DNA from: an uncultured Desulfobacter sp. | Lineage (GTDB): Bacteria; Desulfobacterota; Desulfobacteria; Desulfobacterales; Desulfobacteraceae | Length of the DNA: 64,000 nt | NCBI GenBank assembly: GCA_963665095.1 | Contig: OY762069.1 | Span: 4,864,001-4,928,000, forward strand | Direction of reading: 5' to 3' | Shown: piece after piece, positions 19,664-29,521 of the stretch | Numbering within the stretch: position 1 is the stretch's first letter | Layout: every line of letters starts with the position of its first letter | The notes under the pieces: generated by a model | Told to the model about the DNA's origin: nothing | Database searches by the model: none | What the model saw: only the letters and a program-made list of their open reading frames with translations | Program-made: the position numbers and the translations under genes

Positions 19664-20548
19664 ATGAAACGCATTTTCGCAGTTTGGTTTTTTACTGTGG
19701 CACTGTCCTGCGTGCCGGACCTGTCATGTGCAATGGATGTCCGTTATCCCAAGCCTGAGTCAGAAGGTGACACACGCTATACCTATCACATTGCACTGCT
19801 CAGGCAGGCATGTGAAAAAACAGCTGACAAATATGGAAAAGTCAATATCATACCGGCTGACAAAACAATGAATGAGCTTCGCATGGTTAAACTGCTCATG
19901 GAGGGGAGTTTCGACATTGATGTGGTTTTCAAGCCCACGTCAAAGGATCTCGAATCCCGGCTTAATCCGGTACGGATACCTCTTGATAAGGGGCTTCTTG
20001 GGTGGCGGATATTTTTAATTAAAAAGGAAAATCAGCCTAAATTTTCAAGTGTCAGGACCATTGACCAGTTTAAAAAATTGAGCGTGGGGCAGGCCCGGGG
20101 CTGGGGCGACATCGCTATTTATGAGCATAACGGGATTAAGGTCGCCAAAGGGCCGGATTTCGAAAGTATGTTCAGCATGTTGCTCAGCGACCGGTTTGAT
20201 TATTTCGCCAGGGGGGTGGAGGAGGCCCCCCGCGAATTGGAGGACCGCCGGGAAAAGATGCCGGAACTGCATATTGAAGAGAGCATTGTTCTTCACTATC
20301 CTTTTGTCCGCTACATGTGGGTGGCCAACAGCCCTAAAGGAGACATGCTGAGGGCGCGTATCACCAAAGGGCTGGAGATCATGATCCGGGACGGCAGCTT
20401 TGAAAAGGCCTTTATACGATTTAAAGAGGATATTCTCAAAAAGGTTAATATGACCGGCCGCAGGGTGTTTGAACTGGAAAACCCTTTCCTGCCGGATACA
20501 GTGGATCTGAACCGGACCGAATTATGGTATAAGCCTTTATACCCTTAG
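19664..20548 (+). CDS. Periplasmic solute-binding protein (family 3-like)
   Basis: Signal peptide MKRIFAVWFF...; VRIPLDKGLLGWRIFLI, GQARGWGD and RFDYFARG are typical of this binding-protein group; start chosen at ATG 19664. Confidence 0.7.
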   Translation: MKRIFAVWFFTVALSCVPDLSCAMDVRYPKPESEGDTRYTYHIALLRQACEKTADKYGKVNIIPADKTMNELRMVKLLMEGSFDIDVVFKPTSKDLESRLNPVRIPLDKGLLGWRIFLIKKENQPKFSSVRTIDQFKKLSVGQARGWGDIAIYEHNGIKVAKGPDFESMFSMLLSDRFDYFARGVEEAPRELEDRREKMPELHIEESIVLHYPFVRYMWVANSPKGDMLRARITKGLEIMIRDGSFEKAFIRFKEDILKKVNMTGRRVFELENPFLPDTVDLNRTELWYKPLYP

Positions 20549-20653
20549 GGTGTTCCTTGGTTGATGGGCATAGGTCCGGTTTTCGTTCAGGCACTATGTG
20601 TGAAACATAAAATATCAGTCCTTCAGGATATCTGTTTTAACGGATGACAATAA

Positions 20654-22078
20654 ATGCTTTCTCAGGTTAGAAAAAAAGTTGCAGTTAAGCTGGCGTTCAT
20701 CCTTGTTTTAGCAGGTGTGATAATCAGTTCCCTTGCTATAATAATTATGACCGACGACAGTAAAAAAACATTGACGGGGTATTTGAACAGTTCTTTGTCA
20801 AATGCCGTAAATTTTTCTGAGTTTGTTTATTCTCAGCCACTGTGGGACCTTCACCATAAAGAGGTGACCCGCATGAATAAAATAATTTTACAAAATGAAA
20901 TGATCGTTGCAGTGAATATCTTTGACTCAAATCACTTTTTCAGCGGTCTGAAAAAAGTGACACCTGAAAAAAGAGCAGAAAAAGCCCTCGCCACGATCCA
21001 GCCCCTGGAGGAACCTTTCACCATTAACCCCGACAATACGGGTGATATAGAAAAAATTTCAGGAGAGATCCTCCATGAGAACGACCCTATCGGAAAATTT
21101 GAACTGTTTTACACAAAAGAATTTATTAATGATGCGGTTGCTTCTTTTAACATAAAGCTTTTGACCGCATTCCTTGTAAACGGTTTGCTGTTTATTGTTA
21201 TTATTTTTATTGCCGTAACCATAATAAATAAGCCCATTGTTGAGCTGGCGAGAGTTGCCCAGGGATTTATCCGGGAAAAGAATTTTCTATTTTCCATTAA
21301 GAAAAAAAAACGGAATGACGAAATCGGCCTGCTTTATAATGCGTTTGCCGATATGATCGCTCATGTCAAGGAGAAGGAAAAAGAGAGCATATATCTTCAG
21401 GCTCAAATGGAAAAAAACGTTCATCGTTTCAAAGATCTTTTTGATACACTGCAGGATGCCATTGATCATGAGCAGTACGCAAAAAGACTTATCCCTTCCT
21501 CGGATCAGGATGAGCTGTGCATGTCGTTAAATACCATGCTCAAAAAGCTCGAACTGGCAGATAATACCATGAAAAACTATGGGTGGCTGAAAAACGGCCT
21601 GGCTGAATTGAGTCGGACTATCAGCGGCGAACAGGATATTACGGGGCTTTCAGTCCAGGCTGTAACATTTATCGCCAATTATATTCAGGCCCGGGTCGGG
21701 GCGCTGTTTGTTCTTGATGACACCAGTCAGACCTATTGCCTGACAGCCGGCTTTGCCTTGAATGCCAGGGAGATAAAAAATTCAGAAGTCAGGGCGGGAG
21801 AAGGGTTGGCAGGACAGGTTGTTTTACAGAAAAAAATAGTGATTTTGGATACTGTCCCTCAGGGTTATTTCCACATTAAATCTTCTTTGATAGATGACCC
21901 CCCTAAAGCCATTGCCATTGTTCCTCTCGTATACGAAGAAAGAGTTAGCGGGATTCTTGAACTTGGGACCGCCACACCTTTTTCGGAAGCACAGATCGAA
22001 TTTCTCGAATCAGCCGGAGAATCTTTGGCTGTTGCATTTAATTCTTTAAGAGCCAGGAAAGAACCTTTTAAAGCCTGA
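20654..22078 (+). CDS. Membrane sensor-like protein: TM-periplasmic-TM-HAMP-GAF, no recognisable output domain
   Basis: Two TM segments; HAMP (KPIVELA...NDEIGLLYNAFADM); GAF (GEGLAGQV...VPLVYEERVSGILELG); stop about 10 codons after the GAF. Confidence 0.7.
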   Translation: MLSQVRKKVAVKLAFILVLAGVIISSLAIIIMTDDSKKTLTGYLNSSLSNAVNFSEFVYSQPLWDLHHKEVTRMNKIILQNEMIVAVNIFDSNHFFSGLKKVTPEKRAEKALATIQPLEEPFTINPDNTGDIEKISGEILHENDPIGKFELFYTKEFINDAVASFNIKLLTAFLVNGLLFIVIIFIAVTIINKPIVELARVAQGFIREKNFLFSIKKKKRNDEIGLLYNAFADMIAHVKEKEKESIYLQAQMEKNVHRFKDLFDTLQDAIDHEQYAKRLIPSSDQDELCMSLNTMLKKLELADNTMKNYGWLKNGLAELSRTISGEQDITGLSVQAVTFIANYIQARVGALFVLDDTSQTYCLTAGFALNAREIKNSEVRAGEGLAGQVVLQKKIVILDTVPQGYFHIKSSLIDDPPKAIAIVPLVYEERVSGILELGTATPFSEAQIEFLESAGESLAVAFNSLRARKEPFKA

Positions 22079-22129
22079 CCAACCCGGCGGTGTACAGAAT
22101 TGCTTTGGGCATACAGTGCGGGACCGGCT

Positions 22130-22909
22130 TTATTTCGATAGCGGATTATAAATATTGTCATCCATAATTTGTTTGATGACATTGGACTTATGTAATCGTG
22201 TCAGGGCCAGATCAGTCTGGGTTCTGACAAATTGCGGGACGTTTCTGTTATAAGCGATATGAAACCGGGAAACGCTGAAGGGTGTTTGCGCACAGTCAAT
22301 TTTATCGGCAAGTCCAAGCCCCTTGATAACAGTTCCCGTTCTGATAATATTGTCAACAATGGCGTCAATCCTGCCCAATAAAAGCAGTTTCACATTGGTT
22401 TCATCATCAGATGCCGGTTCCACTCTAATTCCTGGAATACTGGTATCCTTCAGGTATGGATATCCCAGAACGACGCCGACCTTTTTACCTTTAAATGATT
22501 CAGGTCCCTGATAGTCAAATATATTGTTCCGGTTCATCCAGACAACTGCAGGGATACTGTATATTTCCTTTTTACTGAAAATCAGTCCCATCTCTTCTCT
22601 ATCTTTTGAATAGATCAGGCCGAAATATGCATCGTATTTGTTGTTAAGTATATCGTTGATGCATCTTTTAATGGGAATTTCTCCAAATTCAGTGAGTTTG
22701 TACCTGAATTTTATCTTATCGTCTTCCAGCTCACGGTTCAGCGCTTCTAAAACCTTGAGCCTGAACCCCTGAAGGTTGCCGTTTTTATCAAGCCAGAACT
22801 GACCGGCTGATTTGTATACCGGCAGTTTAATAATTGTAGTCTGTGCCATAACACTGCCTGCAGTAATAATCAGGAACAGAACTAACGTGATGGAAACGGC
22901 TTGTTTCAT
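22130..22909 (-). CDS. Periplasmic transporter substrate-binding domain protein (family 3)
   Basis: Signal peptide; GKKVGVVLGYPY and LLLLGRIDAIV. Confidence 0.75.
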   Translation of the reverse strand: MKQAVSITLVLFLIITAGSVMAQTTIIKLPVYKSAGQFWLDKNGNLQGFRLKVLEALNRELEDDKIKFRYKLTEFGEIPIKRCINDILNNKYDAYFGLIYSKDREEMGLIFSKKEIYSIPAVVWMNRNNIFDYQGPESFKGKKVGVVLGYPYLKDTSIPGIRVEPASDDETNVKLLLLGRIDAIVDNIIRTGTVIKGLGLADKIDCAQTPFSVSRFHIAYNRNVPQFVRTQTDLALTRLHKSNVIKQIMDDNIYNPLSK

Positions 22910-23146
22910 TCTTTTTCCCCCTTTAAAGTAAAGGCAACGTTCAGGTCTGAATTTAAGCAGGGCTTAAGAAACAGCTTGATACCGAAAACCCTCCCTTTCC
23001 TGCGGCAGTTTGCAATGGAGGCGAATAAGAAAAATCAGGAACAGTAAAAAAGAGAGCTTCCCATACAAATTTTTAAGAATACATAGATATTAACGCGAAA
23101 TCGGCCATGATACAAATAAAATATTTGTCTGTATTTCTAATTAAGA

Positions 23147-23647
23147 CTATTCGGATGATCCTCTGGGGTGAAATGATCCGCCAAGGCGAGAAACCTCTTT
23201 CAGGACATTCTGAACAAGGTCATCAATCCGACCCTCAATCTCCGGCGTCAGGTGTTCGCTTAAACTTTCGAGATTCTTGGGCTCAATACCGATGATGGTG
23301 GTGTCAGGTACATGATCCAGGGCGTTGCAGAGGGTGAGCGCCTCAATGAGATCCACCTGGTGCAGGGAATTTTTGGCCAGAATTCTGTTGGGGATCTGAT
23401 CATGTTCCAGGCGGTGAAGGTCTCCCGGGTTTCCGTGGTTGAGTACGGTGTCCACCACAATAAGCCGGCCGGCATTTGAGATGACGCCTAATAAATTGAC
23501 ACCAAGTACCCCGCCGTCCACAATATCCACGTTATCGGAAAATTCATACTCTCGTTCTAGTTTTTCAACGACCCGGATACCTACGCCATCATCACTGTAA
23601 AGAATATTGCCAACGCCTAAGACCGTTATATTATTGATGTCCACCAT
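23147..23647 (-). CDS. Hydrogenase maturation endopeptidase (HyaD/HybD family)
   Basis: VLGVGNILYSDDGVG, DGG, IVVD and SLHQ. Confidence 0.93.
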   Translation of the reverse strand: MVDINNITVLGVGNILYSDDGVGIRVVEKLEREYEFSDNVDIVDGGVLGVNLLGVISNAGRLIVVDTVLNHGNPGDLHRLEHDQIPNRILAKNSLHQVDLIEALTLCNALDHVPDTTIIGIEPKNLESLSEHLTPEIEGRIDDLVQNVLKEVSRLGGSFHPRGSSE

Positions 23648-23670
23648 ATTATGTCCTGCTTAAAAAGTTT

Positions 23671-23700
23671 AGGGTTCCGGCATTATAGTGCCGGAACCCT
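23671..23700 (-). terminator. Stem-loop between the hydrogenase large subunit and the protease gene
   Basis: AGGGTTCCGGCA / TGCCGGAACCCT perfect 12-bp inverted repeat, followed on the - strand by AAACTTTTT. Confidence 0.6.
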
Positions 23701-23726
23701 GATTATTCAACCATCTGCCTGACAGA

Positions 23727-25364
23727 CTACACCACTTTTACCTCATAGGTCTGGTTGGTATGAGGATCAATCACATGAATGGCGCATGCAATGCACGGGT
23801 CATAGGAGTGAACGGTCCGCAGTACTTCCAGGGGCTGTGACGGATCAGCAATGGGGGTGCCGATCAGGGATTTTTCCACAGGACCTTTCTGGTTGTTGGC
23901 ATCGCTGGGGCCAAGGTTCCAGGTGGAGGGGACCACATACTGGTAATTTTTGATTTTACCGCCATCAATATCGATCCAGTGGCCCAACGCCCCGCGGGGA
24001 ACATCATTAAGGCCATATCCACGGCCTTTGTCCGGCATGGTCCAGGGCTGGTAGGTCTTTTTGTTGCCTGCGGCAATATTGGATTTAAGGGTTTCAATCC
24101 AGCCTTCCATGGCATCTGAGATAACCACGGTTTCCAGGCCGCGGGCTGCGGTTCTGCCCAGGGTGGAGAACAGAGCTTCTTTGCCGACGCCAAGGGTTTT
24201 CAGCGTGTAATTAACCAGTTTTTTTACATGATCCTGGCCCTGGGCATAGGCAACCAGAACCCGGGACAGCGGTCCGACTTCCGCAGACTTGCCTGCGTAT
24301 CTCGGGGCCTTGATCCAGGAGTACTTATCATCGGTGTTATAGGTGACTTCGCCCTGGATCGGTTTGGTCTCTCCATCAAACGGGTGTTTTGCCTCGCCTT
24401 TTTCATACCAGGCCCTGGTGACATCTTCGGTAATCTGGTTGGTGTCAACGGTGGCGTAGGAAAGGGCATCATCAACGATGCCGCTGGGCAGCAGGAGATC
24501 GTCATCCACATTTTTCTGGGGGAAGTCCCCGTATGCCAGATAGGTGTCGTTGTTACCGCCGATGGCACCCCAGTCCTTATAGAAAGAGGCCACTGCCAGC
24601 AGATCCGGAATGTAGACTTCATCAACAAAGGCCTTGGTCTCTTTCCAGATGGCCGTGTATTCGTCAATTCTTTCCGGGTTCAGGTCCTTAACACTGGTGA
24701 TACCGCCGACAACCAGAGACTGGGGATGGGGGTTTTTGCCGCCGAATATGGCGTGCATGCGGGCGGCTTTGGCCTGCAGCTTAAGCGCTTCCAGATAATG
24801 GGAGGCTGCCATGAGGTTGGCTTCTGCCGGCAGGTTATAGGCCGGATGGCCCCAGTATGCATTGTTAAAGGGACCGAGCTGACCGCTGTTGACAAAGGTT
24901 TTCAGCTTGGTCTGGACTTCTTTGAAGTAATCGGAATTCTGGGGTCTGCCGGAAACGTTCTCGGACAGTTTGGCGGTTTTGGCAGGATCTGCGGACAGGG
25001 CACTGACAATGTCCACCCAGTCCAGGGCATGCAGATGATAAAAGTGAACAATATGGTCATGCTGGAACTGGCTGCCGTGAAGCAGGTTCCGAATGATCCG
25101 TGCGTTTTCCGGGATCTCTATGTTGCAGGCCATTTCAACGGCCCGTACAGAGGCCAGTGCATGCACATAGGTGCACACCCCGCAGGAGCGCTGTACAAAA
25201 TGGTGGGCATCTCTGGGATCGCGGCCCTGGAGCATCATCTCAATACCCCTGAACATCTGGCCCGAACTCCAGGCATCGACGACCTTGCCGTTTTCAACTT
25301 CCACCTCAATTCTGAGATGGCCCTCAATTCTGGTAATGGGATCAACAATAATTCTTTTACCCAT
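23727..25364 (-). CDS. Periplasmic group 1 [NiFe] hydrogenase large subunit
   Basis: DPITRIEGH, L1 motif RSCGVC and L2 motif DPCIACAIH (Cys, not Sec), plus a cleavable C-terminal extension. Confidence 0.96.
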   Translation of the reverse strand: MGKRIIVDPITRIEGHLRIEVEVENGKVVDAWSSGQMFRGIEMMLQGRDPRDAHHFVQRSCGVCTYVHALASVRAVEMACNIEIPENARIIRNLLHGSQFQHDHIVHFYHLHALDWVDIVSALSADPAKTAKLSENVSGRPQNSDYFKEVQTKLKTFVNSGQLGPFNNAYWGHPAYNLPAEANLMAASHYLEALKLQAKAARMHAIFGGKNPHPQSLVVGGITSVKDLNPERIDEYTAIWKETKAFVDEVYIPDLLAVASFYKDWGAIGGNNDTYLAYGDFPQKNVDDDLLLPSGIVDDALSYATVDTNQITEDVTRAWYEKGEAKHPFDGETKPIQGEVTYNTDDKYSWIKAPRYAGKSAEVGPLSRVLVAYAQGQDHVKKLVNYTLKTLGVGKEALFSTLGRTAARGLETVVISDAMEGWIETLKSNIAAGNKKTYQPWTMPDKGRGYGLNDVPRGALGHWIDIDGGKIKNYQYVVPSTWNLGPSDANNQKGPVEKSLIGTPIADPSQPLEVLRTVHSYDPCIACAIHVIDPHTNQTYEVKVV

Positions 25365-25428
25365 AATAATATCCTTTCACATCAAACATGTTGAATTTTA
25401 GATTCTAAATGATGGTCCGCGTGTGTTT

Positions 25429-26370
25429 CTACATCTCTTCATAGAACGGTGTCATGTTGTCCCAGAAGTCCGGTTCACTGCAGCCAATGCAGGGGTGACC
25501 GGCCTGGATGGGAAAACTTGTGCCGTCGTTGAACTTCGCGGTGGGGCAATTATTATAGGTTTCAGGACCCTTACAGCCCATTTTGTAAAGACAGTATCCA
25601 AGCTCCGCTTCTTTGGAGCCGAATTCTTCCACAAATTTGCCTTCTTCATAGAAGTCCAGGCGCGGGCAGTTGTCATGAACGGTTTCGCCGTATGCGAACA
25701 TGGGTCTGCCGTAATCGTCAAGTTCTATCTCTTCATTATTCAGATACTTGACGATGGTACCAAGCAGGTTTAATGGGTTGAAAGGACAGCCGGGCAGGTT
25801 GATGGTGTCAATGCCGATGGCGTCTTTTACACCTTTATATCCGCCGGGATTCGGGGCGGCTGCAGACACACCACCATAGGCTGAACAGGTGCCTACACAG
25901 ATGGTGGCAGCTGCTTTGGGGATCACTTCCTTGGCAATGTCAAGGAATGTTTTTCCGGCCACTTTACCGTAAGCGCCGTTGTAACTGGTTGCGATGGCAC
26001 CTTCCACAACGCAGACAAATTTGCCGTTGTATTTCTCAACCGCTTCGTGCAAATTTTTTTCAGCCTGGTGACCGGCCGCAGCCATGATGGTTTCATGGTA
26101 TTCCACGGAAATGGTCTCCAGGATAATGCCGCCGACATCCGGCGTTCTTAAGAAAGCCTCTGAACAGCCGGTGCATTCAGAGAAGTGAAGCCATACCACC
26201 GGGGGACGTATTGCAGCCGCTTTCTCAATCTGCTCGGCTACCTGTCCCACACAGGAGTACGACAAGCCCATGGTTGCAGTCAGGGCCGTGCAGTACTTGA
26301 GAAAATCTCTTCTTGAGACCCCTTTTGATTCCAATACTTCATAAAACTTCTTGCTGGGATTTGTTTCCAT
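25429..26370 (-). CDS. [NiFe] hydrogenase small subunit, Tat-exported, no C-terminal membrane anchor
   Basis: Tat motif SRRDFLK; ECTGCSE, GTC, PGCP, HDNCPR, CLYKMGCKGP and HPCIGC; ATG 26370 follows GGAGG. Confidence 0.95.
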   Translation of the reverse strand: METNPSKKFYEVLESKGVSRRDFLKYCTALTATMGLSYSCVGQVAEQIEKAAAIRPPVVWLHFSECTGCSEAFLRTPDVGGIILETISVEYHETIMAAAGHQAEKNLHEAVEKYNGKFVCVVEGAIATSYNGAYGKVAGKTFLDIAKEVIPKAAATICVGTCSAYGGVSAAAPNPGGYKGVKDAIGIDTINLPGCPFNPLNLLGTIVKYLNNEEIELDDYGRPMFAYGETVHDNCPRLDFYEEGKFVEEFGSKEAELGYCLYKMGCKGPETYNNCPTAKFNDGTSFPIQAGHPCIGCSEPDFWDNMTPFYEEM

Positions 26371-26804
26371 AGCACCTCCATTGGTCGCTGTTATGATTTC
26401 AATCATAAATTGGGTTTATTATTCTAGGTTAGGTTCATTCGCTATAGCAAATTGATTGTTTAAATCTATATGATGAAAATAGATTGAATATCTCTATTTC
26501 TAAAATTTATAAAAACTGGCAGATCTCTTTTTGTGGGGGCAATATGGGATAGGTGTCAAATATTGACTTTTAACAGGCGCATTTTTGCTTGACTTCACAC
26601 TGTTTTATATATAGTAAAGTTACCTTATAAAGATATGCATAGCAAACAAATATATATAATATAATAAAATAGTTCGTTTGATATATTTGAAAGGGCATAT
26701 TAACTTAAGGTTGGCCTTTGAACTATGGCTGCAGAAAATCTGTTTGTGACCATCAGGGCGACATAGAAACAAGATGTAACTTTTTATTTATAAATGGGTT
26801 TTCC

Positions 26805-29480
26805 ATGCTTAAAGTAAAGACCAAGTTCCGGCTCCTCTCCTCACTGCACATGCTGATCCCGGTATTTATTATTGCTTTTTTTTCCAGAAATGCCACCTTT
26901 TTTTATGAATCTGAATTCCAGATCGGCCTGACCATCTGCCTGGGCCTGATCCTTTTCAACATCATGTTCAGTCCCCTCCTTCTTGGGCTTCAATGGCTGT
27001 TTTTCAAACAAATTCAGCAGATCGTTTCCCTATGTTCAGATATAAAGCACGGACGGTACCGGTATTTTGATATCCCCAATGAACCGGTGGAAGCCGGAGA
27101 TGAAAATGAACTGATTTTTTTGATGCGCAACATGAACTGGATGGTCCATCAGATTGAGCGGCGGGAAGAGCTTTTGGAAAGGCAGGTGGCAAGGCGGACC
27201 CGTGAGCTTGAAACTGCCAACGCCGAACTTGTGACGGCCCGGGATGCAGCCAAGGCATCGTCCAATGCGAAAAGCCGGTTTCTGGCTACCATGAGCCATG
27301 AGATCCGCACCCCCATGAATGCCATTATCGGTATGAGCGACCTCATGCTCAAAGCAGGTCTTTCGCCTCAGATGCAGGAGTATGCCGCCATCATTAACAC
27401 CTCATCCAAGGATCTGTTAAAGATCATCAATGACATCCTTGATTTTTCAAAGATAGATGCTGGAAAGCTGGATCTCGAAGTGGTTTCGGTAAATGTCCGC
27501 AATCTCATGGAAGAGGTGGCGGATGTGTTTAAACACGCCCTTGCCCAGAAGTCGGTTGAACTGATCACAGATATCCATGAAAACGTGCCGCGCCTGATCA
27601 AAACGGATCCCCTTCGTTTAAAACAGGTGATGACCAACCTGGTGTCCAATGCCGTAAAGTTCACCCATAAAGGAGATGTACTGATCCGGGTAACAGCCGA
27701 AAGCAAGGTTGATCCAGATGCCTTGTGCCTGAAGTTTTCAATTCAAGACACCGGCATCGGTATGGATCAGCAGGCCATGGATCATCTTTTTAGCGCATTT
27801 ACCCAGGCAGATGAGTCAACCTCCAGAAAATTCGGGGGAACGGGATTGGGGCTTGCCATATCAAAAAATCTGGTGGCGCTGATGGGCGGGCAGATTTCTG
27901 TTACCAGTACAAAGGGAAAAGGGTCGTGTTTTTCCTTTACTGTTCATGCCCAAAGTGTAGCGGAAAGTGATGCACTGCCGGTCTGCCGGAGCTCAGAATT
28001 ATCCGGCCGGCCCGTACTTCTGGCCGTAAAAAATGCCACCACCGGCAGGGTGCTTGACGGCTTTTTATCCTCTTTTGGATTTGACGTCACGTCAGCGTTC
28101 GGCCCGTTGAAAAATGGTGATTTCCCGTCTTCCGGTCGTATGCCGGAAAAATTTGATCTGATGGTACTGGATCTGGACCTGTTTGAGGAATCTGACCTGC
28201 CTGATATATTTACCCGGGCAAGTGCAGATGCATTGCCACCGGTAATTGCCATCGGTGCCATTGGCAGTGGATCGGCCTTGAGCAGGTCTCCATTTATTAG
28301 AACCTTTATTTCAAAGCCTGTGAGGCAGTCCGCTTTGTTTGATTCTGTCATGGAGTTATTCTGTACGGATAAAAAGGCCTCCCGGCCAGATCCTGTCATG
28401 TCCTGTGACAGGTATGCGCTTGAGAATACAAACGTCCTTCTGGTGGAGGATAACCGGATCAACCAGACACTGGCCGTTGAAATCTTAAAGGACCAGGGAG
28501 TTGATACGGTTGTGGTGGGCACCGGTGCCCAGGCGCTTGAACTGCTGCAGGGGCAAACCTTTGACGCCGTGCTCATGGATGTGGGCCTGCCGGATATGGA
28601 CGGATATGAGGCTACAAGGCGTATCCGTCAGCTGGAAACAGCTAAAAGTATTCCAGTGATCGCCATGACTGCCAATGCCCTTGCCCGGGATCGATCCCTT
28701 GGGCTTGAGGCTGGCATGAATGAATATATAACCAAGCCAGTGGATGCCGGCATTCTTTTCAGGGTGTTGTCCGATGTCCTTGATAAACCGGTGATAACTG
28801 ACATCCGGGCTTCAGAAAGCGCAGGTGTTGAAAACAAGGCTGACACCATGGGGGAGTTGCCCGGAATCGATATAAAGGATGCGGTAAAACGACTCAATGG
28901 AAACCAGGCCCTTTTATTTCAGACAGTGGTTGATTATGCCCGGGAAAATCAGAACACCATCCCTGAAATAAAAAAACGGATGCAGAATGGAAACATCACA
29001 GACCTGCTGGCAGCTGTTCACCGGTTCAAAGGGGTCAGCATGAATATATCTGCCGCGTGTCTCGGCCGCCTTCTGGCAGAGTTTGAAAAAAAGATCAAGG
29101 CGGAAAAGGAGACAGATGAACCAGATCTCATGGTGTTTGAAGCGGATTTAATGGATATTACGGTTCAGTTTGAACTGATCTGCCGCACAGCTGAACGTCT
29201 CAGGGAAAAAACAGACACCGTGCCTGAGGTCGCCGTACCTGATTCGGGAGTTGAGGTTGCAGGCCTGGTGACTCCCATGGTTGAAAAAATGGGGCAGCTG
29301 ATTAAGAAAAACAGCCTGGATGCCAAGGCCCATGCCGCTGCGCTTTCAAAAGAGCTGGAAAACACCCCGTTTGCAAAAGATGCCAGTACCCTGGCTCTTC
29401 AGATCAGGCGTTTTGACTTCCCCAACGCCCGTAAAACCTTTGAGCGCCTGGAGGCGGCACTTTTGAAACAACCGGCATAA
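26805..29480 (+). CDS. Hybrid sensor histidine kinase (TM-HAMP-HisKA-HATPase-REC-REC-Hpt)
   Basis: H-box FLATMSHEIRTPMNAIIG; NLVSNAVKFT, DTGIG and GGTGLGL; receiver LLVEDN...LMDVGLP; Hpt VHRFKG; start ATG 26805 (ORF track 26718). Confidence 0.92.
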   Translation: MLKVKTKFRLLSSLHMLIPVFIIAFFSRNATFFYESEFQIGLTICLGLILFNIMFSPLLLGLQWLFFKQIQQIVSLCSDIKHGRYRYFDIPNEPVEAGDENELIFLMRNMNWMVHQIERREELLERQVARRTRELETANAELVTARDAAKASSNAKSRFLATMSHEIRTPMNAIIGMSDLMLKAGLSPQMQEYAAIINTSSKDLLKIINDILDFSKIDAGKLDLEVVSVNVRNLMEEVADVFKHALAQKSVELITDIHENVPRLIKTDPLRLKQVMTNLVSNAVKFTHKGDVLIRVTAESKVDPDALCLKFSIQDTGIGMDQQAMDHLFSAFTQADESTSRKFGGTGLGLAISKNLVALMGGQISVTSTKGKGSCFSFTVHAQSVAESDALPVCRSSELSGRPVLLAVKNATTGRVLDGFLSSFGFDVTSAFGPLKNGDFPSSGRMPEKFDLMVLDLDLFEESDLPDIFTRASADALPPVIAIGAIGSGSALSRSPFIRTFISKPVRQSALFDSVMELFCTDKKASRPDPVMSCDRYALENTNVLLVEDNRINQTLAVEILKDQGVDTVVVGTGAQALELLQGQTFDAVLMDVGLPDMDGYEATRRIRQLETAKSIPVIAMTANALARDRSLGLEAGMNEYITKPVDAGILFRVLSDVLDKPVITDIRASESAGVENKADTMGELPGIDIKDAVKRLNGNQALLFQTVVDYARENQNTIPEIKKRMQNGNITDLLAAVHRFKGVSMNISAACLGRLLAEFEKKIKAEKETDEPDLMVFEADLMDITVQFELICRTAERLREKTDTVPEVAVPDSGVEVAGLVTPMVEKMGQLIKKNSLDAKAHAAALSKELENTPFAKDASTLALQIRRFDFPNARKTFERLEAALLKQPA

Positions 29481-29521
29481 GTAGATGACAACGAAATGAT
29501 GTTGAAAAAGGATATAAACAC

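Noticed and set aside
23727..23810. Possible [NiFeSe] hydrogenase, given the evidence for Sec use nearby
   Set aside because: The C-terminal motif reads DPCIACAIH with Cys codons and there is no in-frame TGA, so it is a standard [NiFe] enzyme.
24228..25394. 388-aa + strand ORF
   Set aside because: It is an antisense shadow of the hydrogenase large subunit with no motifs.
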